Assembly: GCA_963790025.1 (NCBI GenBank)
Contig: CAWBMP010000005.1
Span: 480,001-544,000, forward strand
DNA: 64,000 nucleotides
Direction of reading: 5' to 3'
Source of the DNA: Nitrospirota bacterium
Lineage (GTDB): Bacteria; Nitrospirota; Thermodesulfovibrionia; Thermodesulfovibrionales; Dissulfurispiraceae
Numbering within the stretch: position 1 is the stretch's first letter; each line of letters begins with the position of its first letter. Both the position numbers and the translations under genes were made by a program. Below the pieces are notes generated by a model that searched no databases, was not told where the DNA came from, and saw only the letters and a list, made by a program, of their open reading frames with translations. This document shows positions 51,336 to 62,621 of the stretch, piece after piece.

Positions 51336-52548
51336 AATCCACATACGAATCGTAATTTCTTTTTGTCTCATCCAGGCTGTCGCCCCCGAATTTTTCGAGG
51401 AGTGCATCGGCAATAACCAGTGCGGCCATTGCCTCGCCGATCACTGCCGCTGCAGGTACGGCGCAAGTATCAGAGCGCTCATATGCCGCTTCAAATGGTT
51501 CTTTAGTCATTATATCGACTGACCGCAACGGTTTTCTCAGGGTCGGGATGGGCTTCATTACCGCTTTAATGATAACAGGCATTCCATTGGTGATCCCTCC
51601 TTCGATCCCGCCGGCGTGGTTCGTCCTCCTGAAGAAGCCAATGTCCATGCACCCCGAAAGGTCTGCCGACTTTTTGGGGACCCCATCTGCCTTATAGAAT
51701 ATTTCATCCATTACTTCGGAGCCGAATTTATCGGCATACGTAAAGCCGTCACCGATTTCAACCCCTTTGACAGCCTGAATGCCCATAAATGCCTGTGCTA
51801 GGATACCGTCCAGACGCCGGTCCCACTGAATGTGGCTACCGAGGCCCACGGGCAGACCGGTGGCTAGTACCTCGAATCTGCCGCCGAGCGTATCTCCGGT
51901 CTGTGCTGCTTTGTCGATCAGCGCCATCATAGCACGCGCAGTCTCCTCGTCAGGGCATCGTACCGGAGAAGCATCGATCTTTTCGGGAAAACTGTTTGCT
52001 GGAAATGCGTCCCGGAATTCTTTCAGCACCATATCTGAGATGCTGACGCTGCCGATCTGGGTCACATAGCTCCCTATATCAATAGAAAACGCGGACAGGA
52101 ATTTTTTTGCTATCGCCCCCAGAGCGACTTTAATTGCTGTTTCTCTTGCACTGGAACGCTCAAGGACATTCCGTATGTCCCTCTGATTAAATTTCAGTGC
52201 TCCACCAAGGTCCGCATGCCCCGGACGCGGCCTTGTGACGGGTGCAATTGAACCCTCGTGCAGGCTTTCCACCGACATCCCTTCCAGCCAATTCTTCCAG
52301 TCCTTGTTTTCGATAAGCAGAGCTATAGGAGAACCGAGGGTTTTTCCCCATCTGACGCCTGAGATTATTTGCGCACGGTCCATCTCAATCTTCATCCTGC
52401 CCCCGCGCCCGTATCCCAACTGCCTTCTTTTTAGTTCTCTATCAATATCGGCGGCCGCTACGGCAAGACCGGAAGGAATTTTCTCGATAATGCCGACAAG
52501 CGCCTTACCGTGCGATTCCCCGGCAGTTATAAGCTTAAGTATTTTCAT
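51319..52548 (-). CDS. aroC: Chorismate synthase
   Basis: TAGESHG, RPRPGHAD, ERSSARETA, MKPIPTL, ERSD. Confidence 0.97.
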   Translation of the reverse strand: MKILKLITAGESHGKALVGIIEKIPSGLAVAAADIDRELKRRQLGYGRGGRMKIEMDRAQIISGVRWGKTLGSPIALLIENKDWKNWLEGMSVESLHEGSIAPVTRPRPGHADLGGALKFNQRDIRNVLERSSARETAIKVALGAIAKKFLSAFSIDIGSYVTQIGSVSISDMVLKEFRDAFPANSFPEKIDASPVRCPDEETARAMMALIDKAAQTGDTLGGRFEVLATGLPVGLGSHIQWDRRLDGILAQAFMGIQAVKGVEIGDGFTYADKFGSEVMDEIFYKADGVPKKSADLSGCMDIGFFRRTNHAGGIEGGITNGMPVIIKAVMKPIPTLRKPLRSVDIMTKEPFEAAYERSDTCAVPAAAVIGEAMAALVIADALLEKFGGDSLDETKRNYDSYVDYVNKF

Positions 52549-52699
52549 ATATGTACGATAACGTGAAATAGCTGCTAGCGTCAATGATTTTTAAGGAGCT
52601 TGACATTGCTTTTGTATCGCTTGACATTTATTTGGCAGGTGATAGTATCATATTAAAAAAGAAAGCAAATTTGGGTATGCGCAAATAGGGATTGATGAA

Positions 52700-53554
52700 A
52701 TGAAAAGGCCGCCCCCTATAACGGTCGCAACTTTTGTTACGGGTTTGGTTTTGCTCATGATGCCGGTACGGATTGACTTTTGGGGGACCCCCATCATTTA
52801 CGCCCAATCAGAGCCGGCGAAAACGGCCCCCCCTCCTGTAGCACAGCCTTTAATCCGTGAAGGTGAATTTGCGGTAAAGCTTGTGTCAGTATTTGAATTG
52901 GGTGCTGCCGCTGATGAAGTCGAGGCTGAAACCCTGCTTGCACAAGCCGGCATTGCGCCGGGGAATGGGTGGATTGCAGACTACCCTGTTACCCCCGATA
53001 TTGCGGGCGAACTGCAAAAAGCAGTGAGCAATGCCGCAGACTCCAGGAAATTTACGATTAGTAAAGGTGAAGCAGTGAAGAGGTTTCAGGACGCTCTTGC
53101 TGCTCTCAAGGTATCGTTCAGGCCTTTTGCGGGCAGTCAGCCGGAACCCCAGCCATCGGTCCCTGAGAGTTACTCGAACCCTGCGGTAATTAACAATTAT
53201 TATGCGACTGAGGGGCCGCCGGTAGTTACATATTATGCCCCACCGCCCGATTACCTTTATCTGTATGCATGGGTCCCTTGTCCGTTCTGGTGGGACACCT
53301 TCTGGTTTCCGGGGTATTACATACTCAATGATTTCCACAGAGTTGTTGTCGCTCACGGCAGCGTGTTATTTGTCACAAATCATTTCAATGACATCAGGGT
53401 GCACAGGGTATTTCGTATCGACCCGGTAAAGAGATTCAGGGGAACGACCTTTGCTGGAATAGGCGCCCCTCATGGAAGGGGTTTTATATCTACCGGAGTT
53501 CCGGGAAGTCCTGAGAGAATCTTTAACAGGCGCGGTGTGCAGAAGCACAGGTAG
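52700..53554 (+). CDS. Hypothetical exported protein, Pro/aromatic-rich C-terminal half
   Basis: 284 aa, N-terminal signal-like segment, GPPVVTYYAPPPDY motif. Confidence 0.7.
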   Translation: MKRPPPITVATFVTGLVLLMMPVRIDFWGTPIIYAQSEPAKTAPPPVAQPLIREGEFAVKLVSVFELGAAADEVEAETLLAQAGIAPGNGWIADYPVTPDIAGELQKAVSNAADSRKFTISKGEAVKRFQDALAALKVSFRPFAGSQPEPQPSVPESYSNPAVINNYYATEGPPVVTYYAPPPDYLYLYAWVPCPFWWDTFWFPGYYILNDFHRVVVAHGSVLFVTNHFNDIRVHRVFRIDPVKRFRGTTFAGIGAPHGRGFISTGVPGSPERIFNRRGVQKHR

Positions 53555-53576
53555 GCTACTTGGAGGTAAATTTATT

Positions 53577-54197
53577 GTGGTTAAAGAAATGCGCGGCTTC
53601 ATCATAATCCTTTTACTTATGGTTTGTGCGGCTGTTTTGACCTCTTCACAACTTGCATGTGCCGGAGGACCGACGGAAGGATTGCAACAGTCGGTTGATT
53701 CCGTTCTTGCAATCGCAAGGAATGAAGCATTGAAAGGACCCGGTAAACAAACTGAAAGAAGAGCGGCAATGAGGAAGATAGTTGACAACATATTTGATTT
53801 TGGGGAGATGTCCAAACGTTCCATGGCGCTAAACTGGAAGAAAAGAACGCCTGAAGAAAAAAAAGAATTCGTTTCTCTTTTTGCGGACCTGCTCGAAGCA
53901 ACGTATGCTTCAAAGATCGAGAGATATAACGGTGAGAAGATCGTATATACAGGAGAATCCATAGACGACGGCTACTCGATGGTCAGGACAAAAGTAATCA
54001 CCAAGACGAATACGGAGATACCGTTGGATTATAAGCTGATGAGAGAAGGGGGTAAATGGATGGTATACGACGTGGTTATTGAAGGTGTAAGCCTGATAAA
54101 TAACTACCGCTCTCAATTCAACCAGATAATAAGTTCCGGTTCTTATGACGGGCTGGTAGCCAGGCTGAAGAAAAAATCAATCGAGGAACCAAAGTAA
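53577..54197 (+). CDS. mlaC: MlaC/Ttg2D phospholipid-binding periplasmic protein
   Basis: FDFGEMSKRSM, VYDVVIEGVSLINNYRSQF; start 53577 (GTG) or 53589. Confidence 0.9.
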   Translation: MVKEMRGFIIILLLMVCAAVLTSSQLACAGGPTEGLQQSVDSVLAIARNEALKGPGKQTERRAAMRKIVDNIFDFGEMSKRSMALNWKKRTPEEKKEFVSLFADLLEATYASKIERYNGEKIVYTGESIDDGYSMVRTKVITKTNTEIPLDYKLMREGGKWMVYDVVIEGVSLINNYRSQFNQIISSGSYDGLVARLKKKSIEEPK

Positions 54198-54207
54198 ACT
54201 AAGAATC

Positions 54208-55035
54208 GTGAAGACGCCTTTCTCCATTTTAACACTGATAGTTGTATTAATGATTCTATTCCCGTCTGCCGTTCGGTTGCATGACGCGGCATATGCCCTT
54301 TCTCACCATAAAGCGGGCAGCCACGTAAAGGACCGGCGCCACAGCAGTGCAAGCGACATGGAATTTATATTTGTCAAAGGCGGCTGTTATAAGATGGGTG
54401 ATATCTTCGGGGATGGAAATAGCGACGAAAAACCTGTGCATGAAGTCTGTGTCAGCGATTTTTACATGGGAAAGTATTTGGTGACGCAGGGCCAGTGGAA
54501 GGATATAATGGGTTATGACCCGTCACTCTTCAGCAGTTGCGGCGAAAACTGTCCTGTTGAAAATGTGAGCTGGAGTGATACTCAGGTATTCATCGGGAAG
54601 TTGAACGGGAAGACGGGAAAGAATTATCGTTTGCCTACGGAGGCGGAGTGGGAGTATGCCGCAAGGAGTGGAGGGAGGCAGGAGAAGTGGGCAGGCACGA
54701 GCAGCGAATTGGAACTTCAGCAATATGCGTGGTATGATAGGAACTCCGGGGACAAGACGCATCCGGTAGGACAGAAGAAGCCGAACGGTTTGGGACTGTA
54801 CGACATGAGCGGTAATGTTTGGGAGTGGTGCCAGGATTGGTTTGACGACAGCTATTACAGGGATGGTCCGAGGAACAACCCCACAGGACCGGGGAGCGGA
54901 CAGGACAAAATGCTCCGCGGGGGGTCATGGTTTAACGGGAGAAATTATGTTCGCGCGGAGACCCGTTTCGGGTTCGATCCGGCTAGCCCATACATCCTCG
55001 GCGGCTTTCGCCTGGTTGCCCCTTCAGGGAGGTAA
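54208..55035 (+). CDS. Formylglycine-generating-enzyme (SUMF1/FGE-sulfatase) domain protein
   Basis: EKPVHEV, RLPTEAEWEYAAR, GLYDMSGNVWEW, RGGSW, GFRL. Confidence 0.92.
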   Translation: MKTPFSILTLIVVLMILFPSAVRLHDAAYALSHHKAGSHVKDRRHSSASDMEFIFVKGGCYKMGDIFGDGNSDEKPVHEVCVSDFYMGKYLVTQGQWKDIMGYDPSLFSSCGENCPVENVSWSDTQVFIGKLNGKTGKNYRLPTEAEWEYAARSGGRQEKWAGTSSELELQQYAWYDRNSGDKTHPVGQKKPNGLGLYDMSGNVWEWCQDWFDDSYYRDGPRNNPTGPGSGQDKMLRGGSWFNGRNYVRAETRFGFDPASPYILGGFRLVAPSGR

Positions 55036-55040
55036 TTAAT

Positions 55041-55898
55041 ATGCACACAGCGGCGAATAGGAATTTGGCGGGCCTGACGGACATGTCAAAGTTGAATATT
55101 CCATCACTGCCGATAATTGCTGTCAAGGCATTGCAAGTTCTGGGGGAAAAGTCAGCGAGCACAGACAGTCTGGCAAAAATCATTTCTTTTGACCAGTCTT
55201 TTACTTCACGTCTGCTTAAGATCGCGAATTCGCCTTATTTCAACAGAGGGAATAGTGTAGGTTCAATTGACGATGCCGTTTTCCGCGTAGGGTTCGAGAC
55301 CGTGCGGTCTATAGTCGTAATGGCGGCCCTCAAAGATGTCAGAAGAAACTCAGACGTAACAGATTTTGGACTTTGGGAACATAGTACCGCTGTTGCAATT
55401 GCCTCGAGGGTCATCGCGGAGCAATTGGGGACCGGCAGTCCGGCGCAGTTTTTTATTCCGGGCCTGTTGCACGACATCGGCAAGATGGTGATGAATGTCA
55501 ACTTTAAAGAAAAATATACAACGGTAATTGACGAAGTGAGGGCTTCAGGCAAGGCCTTTCAGAAAGCAGAGTTTGAAGTATTCGGTTTTACGCACTGTAA
55601 TATGGGCGAGTATGTAGCTGAAAAATGGAACCTCCCCGCCGAAGTCCGCAATGTAATTTCTCTTCACCACTGCCCTGCCTCCGAGATAGCGGACCGCAAG
55701 GACATTTTCGGCGTGTTACTGGTAAAGGCAGCCGACTTTATCTGTTCCGAACTGGGAATAGGCATCGGCGACAACTTTGATCCCGTTGAAAGGGACCTCG
55801 GATTTATAGGACTGTCAAATGGGTCCCAGGTTGATAGTATTAAGAAAAAAGTTGAAGAACAGTATCCGGAATGCAAATCCTTCATATTAGAACAGTGA
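55041..55898 (+). CDS. HDOD domain protein
   Basis: IPSLP, RLLKIANS, LWEHS, LLHDIGK, HH. Confidence 0.9.
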   Translation: MHTAANRNLAGLTDMSKLNIPSLPIIAVKALQVLGEKSASTDSLAKIISFDQSFTSRLLKIANSPYFNRGNSVGSIDDAVFRVGFETVRSIVVMAALKDVRRNSDVTDFGLWEHSTAVAIASRVIAEQLGTGSPAQFFIPGLLHDIGKMVMNVNFKEKYTTVIDEVRASGKAFQKAEFEVFGFTHCNMGEYVAEKWNLPAEVRNVISLHHCPASEIADRKDIFGVLLVKAADFICSELGIGIGDNFDPVERDLGFIGLSNGSQVDSIKKKVEEQYPECKSFILEQ

Positions 55899-55902
55899 CC
55901 GA

Positions 55903-57543
55903 GTGGAAGAAAAAGACTTAGAATTAGTGGTAAATGCCTTTATCGATGCTGTCATAGCGGTGACAAATGATCATCGAATTGTGGCCAATCGTGAAGCTGA
56001 CCTGCATATAAAACACATGACTTCATGCTCTCTTACATTAAAAGAAGAGAATTGCCACGAGTGCAAATTATTTACCCGCGACGGCATGTGTTATCTGAAG
56101 AGTTTTGACAACATGGATATGCTCAAGATTGACGGCGGATACGGTAATGAGAAGTATTCTTATACGGTTCTTGCGTCATGCCTTAATCAAAGCCGTCTGG
56201 TACAATTCAAATCTGATACCGGTGTGGGAAATATTCGCGGCATGCTGGCTGCGGATGTTCTCACCGGACTTCCTTCAATGGGTTACCTTAAGGACGCGCT
56301 CAAGATTGAGATGTCGCGGTCAAAGCTCCTTAATAAGAAACTGGGAGTCATATTCCTCGACATCCTTCGTTTCAATGTGATAAATACTACTCTGGGAAGG
56401 GACAGTGGAGACCGGGTCCTATATCTCGTTTCAAAAAAAATCGAGAGTTCACTCAGAAAATCGGATATTGTTGTAAGGCAAGGGGGGGACGTTTTCGTAG
56501 TAGTGGCAACAGACCTCAAGAGGACCCAGGAAATTTTCAAAGTCGCCAGGAGGATAATAGGGGCGGTCACTAGTCCTTATTTGATAGGCGGAAAAGAGAT
56601 CAGGCTGGCGTGTTGCCTCGGTATAAGCGTTTTTCCCGATGATTCGGAGGACGTCAATACTCTTCTGAAAAACGCCGATGTGGCCCTGCAAAACACAAAA
56701 AAAAGGGAAAAGAATTCTTTCACCTGTTACCACGGGGACATGGACAAAGAGTCTGAGGAGCTTTTGAGTCTGGAAAGCCGGCTTCATACGGCGGTTAAGA
56801 ACAATGAACTGGTCCTCCATTATCAACCACAGGTTAATGCAGTGACGGGACGGTTAATTGGCGCGGAAGCCCTTGTCAGATGGAACTTGACCGGTCATGG
56901 CATGATCCCGCCATTAAAATTTATTTCCCTTGCCGAGGACATGGGGGCCATTGTCGAGATAGGCGCCTGGGTGATCCGTCAGGCTTGCAAGCAGGCGCGG
57001 TCCTGGATCGATGACGGTTTTGCACCAGTTTGCATCTCGGTCAACTGTTCAATCAAACAATTCCGCGACGTTCATTTGGTAGATACGATCAGGGAGGCCC
57101 TTGAAGAATATAATATCCAGCCGGCGATGTTCGGTATCGAGATAACCGAAAATGTGTGTATGGACAATCCCCGCAAAGTTATCGGCATTCTGCGGCGAAT
57201 TGCAGACCTTGGCATAATCGTATCGATTGACGATTTCGGGTCCGGTTATTCTTCGCTGAACTATCTTAAGAAATTCCCCGTTCATAAATTGAAGATAGAC
57301 CGGTCTTTTATCAGTAATATTACAGGAGACAAGTCCGATGAGGCCATTGTAAAGACGGTAGTTTTTCTGGCTCATAATTTTGGGCTCAAAGTTGTGGCCG
57401 AGGGTGTCGAGAGCGAAGACCATGTCGATTTTCTGGCCCAATTAGGCTGCGACGAGTTGCAGGGATATCTCATAAGCAAACCATTGCCGGCTGAAGATTT
57501 TGTGAACATGTTGCGCGCTTTGCAGGAATGCATCGATAAATAA
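55903..57543 (+). CDS. GGDEF-EAL protein (degenerate GGDVF, intact EAL)
   Basis: RQGGDVF; YQPQV, EALVRW, IDDFGSGYSSL, KIDRSF, VAEGVE, QGY. Confidence 0.92.
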   Translation: MEEKDLELVVNAFIDAVIAVTNDHRIVANREADLHIKHMTSCSLTLKEENCHECKLFTRDGMCYLKSFDNMDMLKIDGGYGNEKYSYTVLASCLNQSRLVQFKSDTGVGNIRGMLAADVLTGLPSMGYLKDALKIEMSRSKLLNKKLGVIFLDILRFNVINTTLGRDSGDRVLYLVSKKIESSLRKSDIVVRQGGDVFVVVATDLKRTQEIFKVARRIIGAVTSPYLIGGKEIRLACCLGISVFPDDSEDVNTLLKNADVALQNTKKREKNSFTCYHGDMDKESEELLSLESRLHTAVKNNELVLHYQPQVNAVTGRLIGAEALVRWNLTGHGMIPPLKFISLAEDMGAIVEIGAWVIRQACKQARSWIDDGFAPVCISVNCSIKQFRDVHLVDTIREALEEYNIQPAMFGIEITENVCMDNPRKVIGILRRIADLGIIVSIDDFGSGYSSLNYLKKFPVHKLKIDRSFISNITGDKSDEAIVKTVVFLAHNFGLKVVAEGVESEDHVDFLAQLGCDELQGYLISKPLPAEDFVNMLRALQECIDK

Positions 57544-57590
57544 GTTTAAAGAATTCTTGTGCAGGTAATGTTGCTTTTTTAGCGTTATTA

Positions 57591-58160
57591 ATGATAATTT
57601 TCCTGATGTCCGAACAGATTCAGCAAATCGGGGCCAGGATATGCGAACTGAGAGAGATCGCGGGATTGTCGGTCGAAACGCTTGCGAATGAGTTCAACAT
57701 CGCAGCTGAGATCTATCGCGATTACGAAAAAGGTGTCCTCGACATACCTGTAAGTTTACTCTTCGATATCGCGCGAAGGTTCAATGTTGACCTGACAGAA
57801 ATATTAACAGGCGAAGCGCCAAGGCTTCACGCATATTGCCTTGTGCGAAAAGGCAAAGGGGTGAGTGTTGACCGGAGCAAGCACTATAAATATCAAAGCC
57901 TGGCATATAACTTCTTACATAAAAAGGCCGAGCCTTTTCTTGTCACAGCCGGTCCCGAACGTGACGATGCCGAGGTCCAGCTGAATTCCCATACCGGCCA
58001 GGAATTCAACTATGTGATTGAAGGAACGGTCAAGGTCGTAGTTGATAATCACGAGCTTGTGCTGAACGAAGGTGATTCCCTGTTCTTTGACGCGGGTCTG
58101 GACCACGGAATGAAGGCTCTCGGCGGAAAACCGGCCAGTTTACTCGCGATTATCTTATGA
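57591..58160 (+). CDS. XRE-family HTH + cupin transcriptional regulator
   Basis: N-terminal [26 protein letters not shown]. Confidence 0.9.
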   Translation: MIIFLMSEQIQQIGARICELREIAGLSVETLANEFNIAAEIYRDYEKGVLDIPVSLLFDIARRFNVDLTEILTGEAPRLHAYCLVRKGKGVSVDRSKHYKYQSLAYNFLHKKAEPFLVTAGPERDDAEVQLNSHTGQEFNYVIEGTVKVVVDNHELVLNEGDSLFFDAGLDHGMKALGGKPASLLAIIL

Positions 58161-58170
58161 AAGGTGTCAG

Positions 58171-59826
58171 ATGCTAAAGCGATTTGTGTCAAAGGCAGAT
58201 TTCACGTCATATGAAGACTTTGTCGAAAACTTCAGCATCATCGTTCCCGAGAATTTCAACTTTGCGTATGATGTTGTCGACGAAATGGCGCTGCATCGTC
58301 CCGGCAAGGTTGCCCTGGTATGGTGTGACGATAAAGGTGGAGAAGCGATATTCACCTTTGGTCAACTAAAAATATACAGTGACAAGGCGGCAAATTTATT
58401 TTCGTCCCGGGGCATTCGGAGAGGAGATCCGGTGATGCTCATCCTGAAAAGGCGCTTCGAGTTCTGGTTCTGCATCCTTGCTCTCCATAAGATAGGGGCC
58501 ATCGCCATTCCCGCGACACATATGCTTACGACAAAGGACATTGTGTACCGGAATAATGCGGCGGACATAAAGATGATTGTCAGCGTGGCAGACGCCGATG
58601 TTATCACGCATGTGGAAGAAGCTGCGGCCCAATCACCCTCACTCTGCCTGAAGTCCCTTGTCGGAGCGGGCCGGGAAGGCTGGCTCGACTTTAACGCTGA
58701 AATGGAGCGTGTGCCGGCGACTTTCAAGCGTCCCTCCGGTGACGCCGCTGTCTTGAACAGCGACATATTACTAATTTACTTCACGTCCGGAACAACGGGA
58801 ATGCCAAAGATGGTGCAGCATAATTTCACATATCCTCTCGGCCACATACTCACTGCAAAATATTGGCAGAACGTGCGTGAGGATGGGTTGCACCTCACCG
58901 TGGCAGACACCGGCTGGGCGAAGGCCGCCTGGGGGAAAATATACGGCCAGTGGCTTTCGGGATGTGCGATATTCGTGTATGACTACGACAAGTTCTATCC
59001 CCAAAAATTGCTTGATGTATTGGTGAAGTACGGCGTAACTTCTTTCTGCGCCCCTCCGACCGTTTACCGGTTCCTGATCAAGGAGGACCTTTCAAGATAC
59101 AGGTTCGATAAGCTCAACTACTGTGCCGTAGCCGGAGAGCCTTTGAATCCTGAAGTCTATTCCCAGTTCCTCAAGGCAACGGGAATAAGGCTTATGGAAG
59201 GTTACGGGCAGACGGAAACGACTGTCGCTATCGGCACATTCCCCTGGATGGAGCCTAAACCGGGTTCGATGGGCAAACCGTCTCCGCGATATGACATAGA
59301 CATTCTCGACGACAATGGCAACTCCTGTGAGGTCGGGGAGGAAGGACAGATTGTGATCCGCACCGGCAAAAGCATGCCGGTTGGAATATTTGGGGGATAC
59401 TATCGACAGTCTGATCGTACCGCGAGTGTTTGGCAGGATGATATTTATTACACGGGGGACATGGCATGGCGCGACGAAGATGGATATTACTGGTTCGTTG
59501 GCAGAGCGGACGATCTCATTAAAAGTTCGGGATACCGGATAGGCCCTTTTGAGGTCGAAAGCGCCCTTGTGGAGCATCCCGCGGTGCTGGAATGCGCTAT
59601 TACAGGTGTTCCAGATGTGCTAAGGGGGCAGGCCGTCAAGGCATCAGTGGTTTTGGCCAAAGGCTATTCTTCAAGTCAGGGGCTGGCAAGAGAGCTGCAG
59701 GAACATGTGAAGAAAGTGACTGCACCTTATAAATATCCGAGGATAATCGAGTTTGTAAACGAGCTCCCCAAAACAATCAGCGGCAAGATCCGGAGGGTCG
59801 AGATTCGGGAGAAAGTGAATTGGTAA
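58171..59826 (+). CDS. AMP-forming acyl-CoA synthetase
   Basis: [56 protein letters not shown]. Confidence 0.94.
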   Translation: MLKRFVSKADFTSYEDFVENFSIIVPENFNFAYDVVDEMALHRPGKVALVWCDDKGGEAIFTFGQLKIYSDKAANLFSSRGIRRGDPVMLILKRRFEFWFCILALHKIGAIAIPATHMLTTKDIVYRNNAADIKMIVSVADADVITHVEEAAAQSPSLCLKSLVGAGREGWLDFNAEMERVPATFKRPSGDAAVLNSDILLIYFTSGTTGMPKMVQHNFTYPLGHILTAKYWQNVREDGLHLTVADTGWAKAAWGKIYGQWLSGCAIFVYDYDKFYPQKLLDVLVKYGVTSFCAPPTVYRFLIKEDLSRYRFDKLNYCAVAGEPLNPEVYSQFLKATGIRLMEGYGQTETTVAIGTFPWMEPKPGSMGKPSPRYDIDILDDNGNSCEVGEEGQIVIRTGKSMPVGIFGGYYRQSDRTASVWQDDIYYTGDMAWRDEDGYYWFVGRADDLIKSSGYRIGPFEVESALVEHPAVLECAITGVPDVLRGQAVKASVVLAKGYSSSQGLARELQEHVKKVTAPYKYPRIIEFVNELPKTISGKIRRVEIREKVNW

Positions 59827-59854
59827 CGCCCGAATTTCTGATAGAATAACAGTC

Positions 59855-62077
59855 ATGAAGATAAACAAGGACATAAAGGCCCTTATTAAGGGAGAGTACG
59901 CAGATCCTTTCTCGATTCTGGGGGTGCACCGGTCTGAAGGCACGCTGAGTATAACGGCATTTTTACCGGAGGCAAAAGAGGCTTGGGCCATACAGGACAG
60001 GGGACCCGCAAAAGAACAGCCTATTAAAATTAAAATGACGAAAGTTCATAAAGAGGGCTTGTTCCAAGCAATTTCGGAAAATCTGTCAAGCGAATACAGG
60101 TACAAGTTCAGGACCACCAGCGGTTTGGGTGAGGTCCGGGAATTTTATGACCCTTACTCCTTTCCGCCGGTACTTACGGATTATGATCTGCACCTGATCG
60201 GCGAAGGGACGCATTACAGGAATTATGAAAAGCTCGGCGCTCATATACGGGAAATCGACGGCATAAGCGGGGTCCATTATGCAGTCTGGGCGCCTAATGC
60301 CCAGCGGGTAAGTGTTATCGGCGACTTCAACAGGTGGGACGGCAGGCGGCATCCCATGCGTTTCCTGGGCAATTCAGGTATATGGGAACTTTTTATCCCC
60401 GGACTTGGCGAGGGGACATTGTATAAATTCGATATTTTGTCTCTTTATAATAAATACAGGGAACAAAAGACCGATCCGTTTGCATTCTTTTTTGAGACGA
60501 GGCCGAAAACCGCTGCGATTGTTTATGATATTGAGAACAAGCACGAATGGAATGATGCGGAGTGGCTTTCTTCGCGCAGTCAGAGGAACTGGTTTGAATC
60601 CCCGGTTGCAATCTACGAAGTACATCCGGGCTCGTGGATGCGAATTGCAGGGGAAGATTCCCGCTTCGCCACATACGGGGAGTTGGCCGATACATTGATA
60701 CCGCATGTCAAAGAACTTGGATATACGCATATAGAATTCCTGCCGGTCGCAGAGCACCCGCTCGATGCATCATGGGGGTATCAGACGATTGGCTATTATG
60801 CGCCGACAAGCAGGTTCGGCAAACCCGATGGCTTTATGTATTTTGTCGACTGTTGCCATCAAAACGGAATAGGCGTTATTGTTGACTGGGTCCCCGCCCA
60901 TTTTCCCAAGGACGCGCACGGGATGGCTTTTTTTGACGGCACATGTCTATATGAGCACGCAGACCCCCGGAAAGGAGAGCATAAGGAATGGGGGACCCTG
61001 GTGTTCAATTACGGACGCAATGAGGTAAAGAATTATCTCATTTCCAACGCGCTTTTTTGGCTTGACAAGTATCATATCGATGGCCTGAGGGTGGATGCGG
61101 TGGCCTCGATGCTCTATCTCGATTATTCCAGGCAGCAGGGCGAATGGCTTCCGAATATGTTTGGCGGTAATGAGAACCTCGAGGCAATAGATTTCCTGAA
61201 AACGTTTAATGAGGTGGTGCACCATTATCATCCAGGCGTTCTTACAATTGCAGAAGAGTCAACAGCCTGGTCCGGTGTCTCAAAGCCGACTTACCTCGGT
61301 GGCCTGGGTTTCAGCATGAAGTGGAACATGGGCTGGATGCATGACACACTGGAGTATTTCTCCCATGAAGCAATCCATAGAAAGTACCATATGAACAATC
61401 TTACTTTCGGCATGGTTTATGCCTTTTCCGAGAATTTCATTCTTCCTTTTTCCCACGATGAGGTGGTGTACGGCAAGCGGTCCATGCTCAATAAGATGCC
61501 CGGAGATATGTGGCAGAAATTTGCTAACCTGAGGGCGCTGTATGGCTTCATGTACGGACATCCCGGCAAGAAGCTTCTTATGATGGGGTCGGAGTTCGGC
61601 CAGTGGGATGAATGGGATTTCAATAAGGGCCTCGACTGGCAGCTGCTGCAGTATGAGCCGCATCAGAAATTACAGAAGTATGTTGCCGACCTTAACGCCC
61701 TTTACAGAAGTGAACCTGCACTATACGAGGTATGTTTCGATTGGCATGGCTTTGAATGGATTGATTTCAGCGATGCCGATAACAGCATTGTTGCTTTTAT
61801 CAGAAAGGCGAAGGACCCGGATGATTTTCTTGTTTTTGTATTCAATCTTACGCCGGTGCCCCGCTTCGGATACCGCATAGGGGTCCCGGCCGATGGTTAT
61901 TACCGGGAGATACACAATAGCGACTCGTCCTTATACTGGGGCGGAAACCTCGGAAACAGCGGGGGAGTAAACGCAGATAAAATAGTTTCTCACGGGCGCT
62001 ATCCCTTCTCTCTCAGCCTTATCCTGCCGCCGTTGTCAGTGCTGGTGTTGAAGCCGGTAAAGCAGGTAAATAGGTAA
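59855..62077 (+). CDS. glgB: 1,4-alpha-glucan branching enzyme
   Basis: VWAPNA, SWGYQ, DWVPAHFP, DGLRVDAVASM, AEEST, SHDEVV. Confidence 0.97.
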   Translation: MKINKDIKALIKGEYADPFSILGVHRSEGTLSITAFLPEAKEAWAIQDRGPAKEQPIKIKMTKVHKEGLFQAISENLSSEYRYKFRTTSGLGEVREFYDPYSFPPVLTDYDLHLIGEGTHYRNYEKLGAHIREIDGISGVHYAVWAPNAQRVSVIGDFNRWDGRRHPMRFLGNSGIWELFIPGLGEGTLYKFDILSLYNKYREQKTDPFAFFFETRPKTAAIVYDIENKHEWNDAEWLSSRSQRNWFESPVAIYEVHPGSWMRIAGEDSRFATYGELADTLIPHVKELGYTHIEFLPVAEHPLDASWGYQTIGYYAPTSRFGKPDGFMYFVDCCHQNGIGVIVDWVPAHFPKDAHGMAFFDGTCLYEHADPRKGEHKEWGTLVFNYGRNEVKNYLISNALFWLDKYHIDGLRVDAVASMLYLDYSRQQGEWLPNMFGGNENLEAIDFLKTFNEVVHHYHPGVLTIAEESTAWSGVSKPTYLGGLGFSMKWNMGWMHDTLEYFSHEAIHRKYHMNNLTFGMVYAFSENFILPFSHDEVVYGKRSMLNKMPGDMWQKFANLRALYGFMYGHPGKKLLMMGSEFGQWDEWDFNKGLDWQLLQYEPHQKLQKYVADLNALYRSEPALYEVCFDWHGFEWIDFSDADNSIVAFIRKAKDPDDFLVFVFNLTPVPRFGYRIGVPADGYYREIHNSDSSLYWGGNLGNSGGVNADKIVSHGRYPFSLSLILPPLSVLVLKPVKQVNR

Positions 62078-62133
62078 AGGTGAAGGTAAAGCGGGCCTTT
62101 TCTTTACCTTTACCTTTGCCTATACCTGCTTTT
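62059..62133. repeat. Hexamer-built inverted repeat (AGGTAN family) between convergent genes, probably also a terminator
   Basis: AAAGCAGGTAAATAGGTAAAGGTGAAGGTAAAG...CTTTACCTTTACCTTTGCCTATACCTGCTTT. Confidence 0.75.
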
Positions 62134-62610
62134 TTACATTTTGCCCATTTTAACAAGGCTTTCGCGGAACACCTTATAAAAAGTGTCATTGTCGCTAATA
62201 GATTTTTTGAGGACTGTTTTTAGGTCCGGAATGTCATTATCATTCACAACAATGTTTGCGCTTTTTGCAAATGCCGTCATATTGTCACCCGTTTTGAAAT
62301 CTTTTCCTGTCAGGACAATAAAGATGTGTCGCCGCGTCGACATCGGCATTGCCTGCAGGAATTTATATACGAAATTGCTTTCCGGAGCGCTCCCGCCGAA
62401 CCGCTCATTTAGAATGATTAAAGCGTACTGGTTTAACTTCAACTTCTCAAAGGTATCTTCCACGCCCGCTGTAAACTCGACGCTGTATTTAAGCCGTTGC
62501 AGCTCAGCGCTTATGGCCTTTTTCAGTTCGGCGCTATCCTCGCATACCAGTGCGCTCCGTAATTCCTCTTCGTATTCCTCAGTATCCGAGGTATGTACTC
62601 CCATGCGCAT
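62134..62610 (-). CDS. Hypothetical receiver-like protein downstream of pilT
   Basis: 158 aa, GGAGG RBS, MPMSTRRHIF...KTGDNMTAF. Confidence 0.75.
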   Translation of the reverse strand: MRMGVHTSDTEEYEEELRSALVCEDSAELKKAISAELQRLKYSVEFTAGVEDTFEKLKLNQYALIILNERFGGSAPESNFVYKFLQAMPMSTRRHIFIVLTGKDFKTGDNMTAFAKSANIVVNDNDIPDLKTVLKKSISDNDTFYKVFRESLVKMGKM

Positions 62611-62621
62611 TCCTCCACGCG

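Noticed and set aside
52598..52628. Direct repeat GCTTGACATT x2, 21 bp apart
   Set aside because: Could be tandem -35 elements or a regulator site, but no further support; not called
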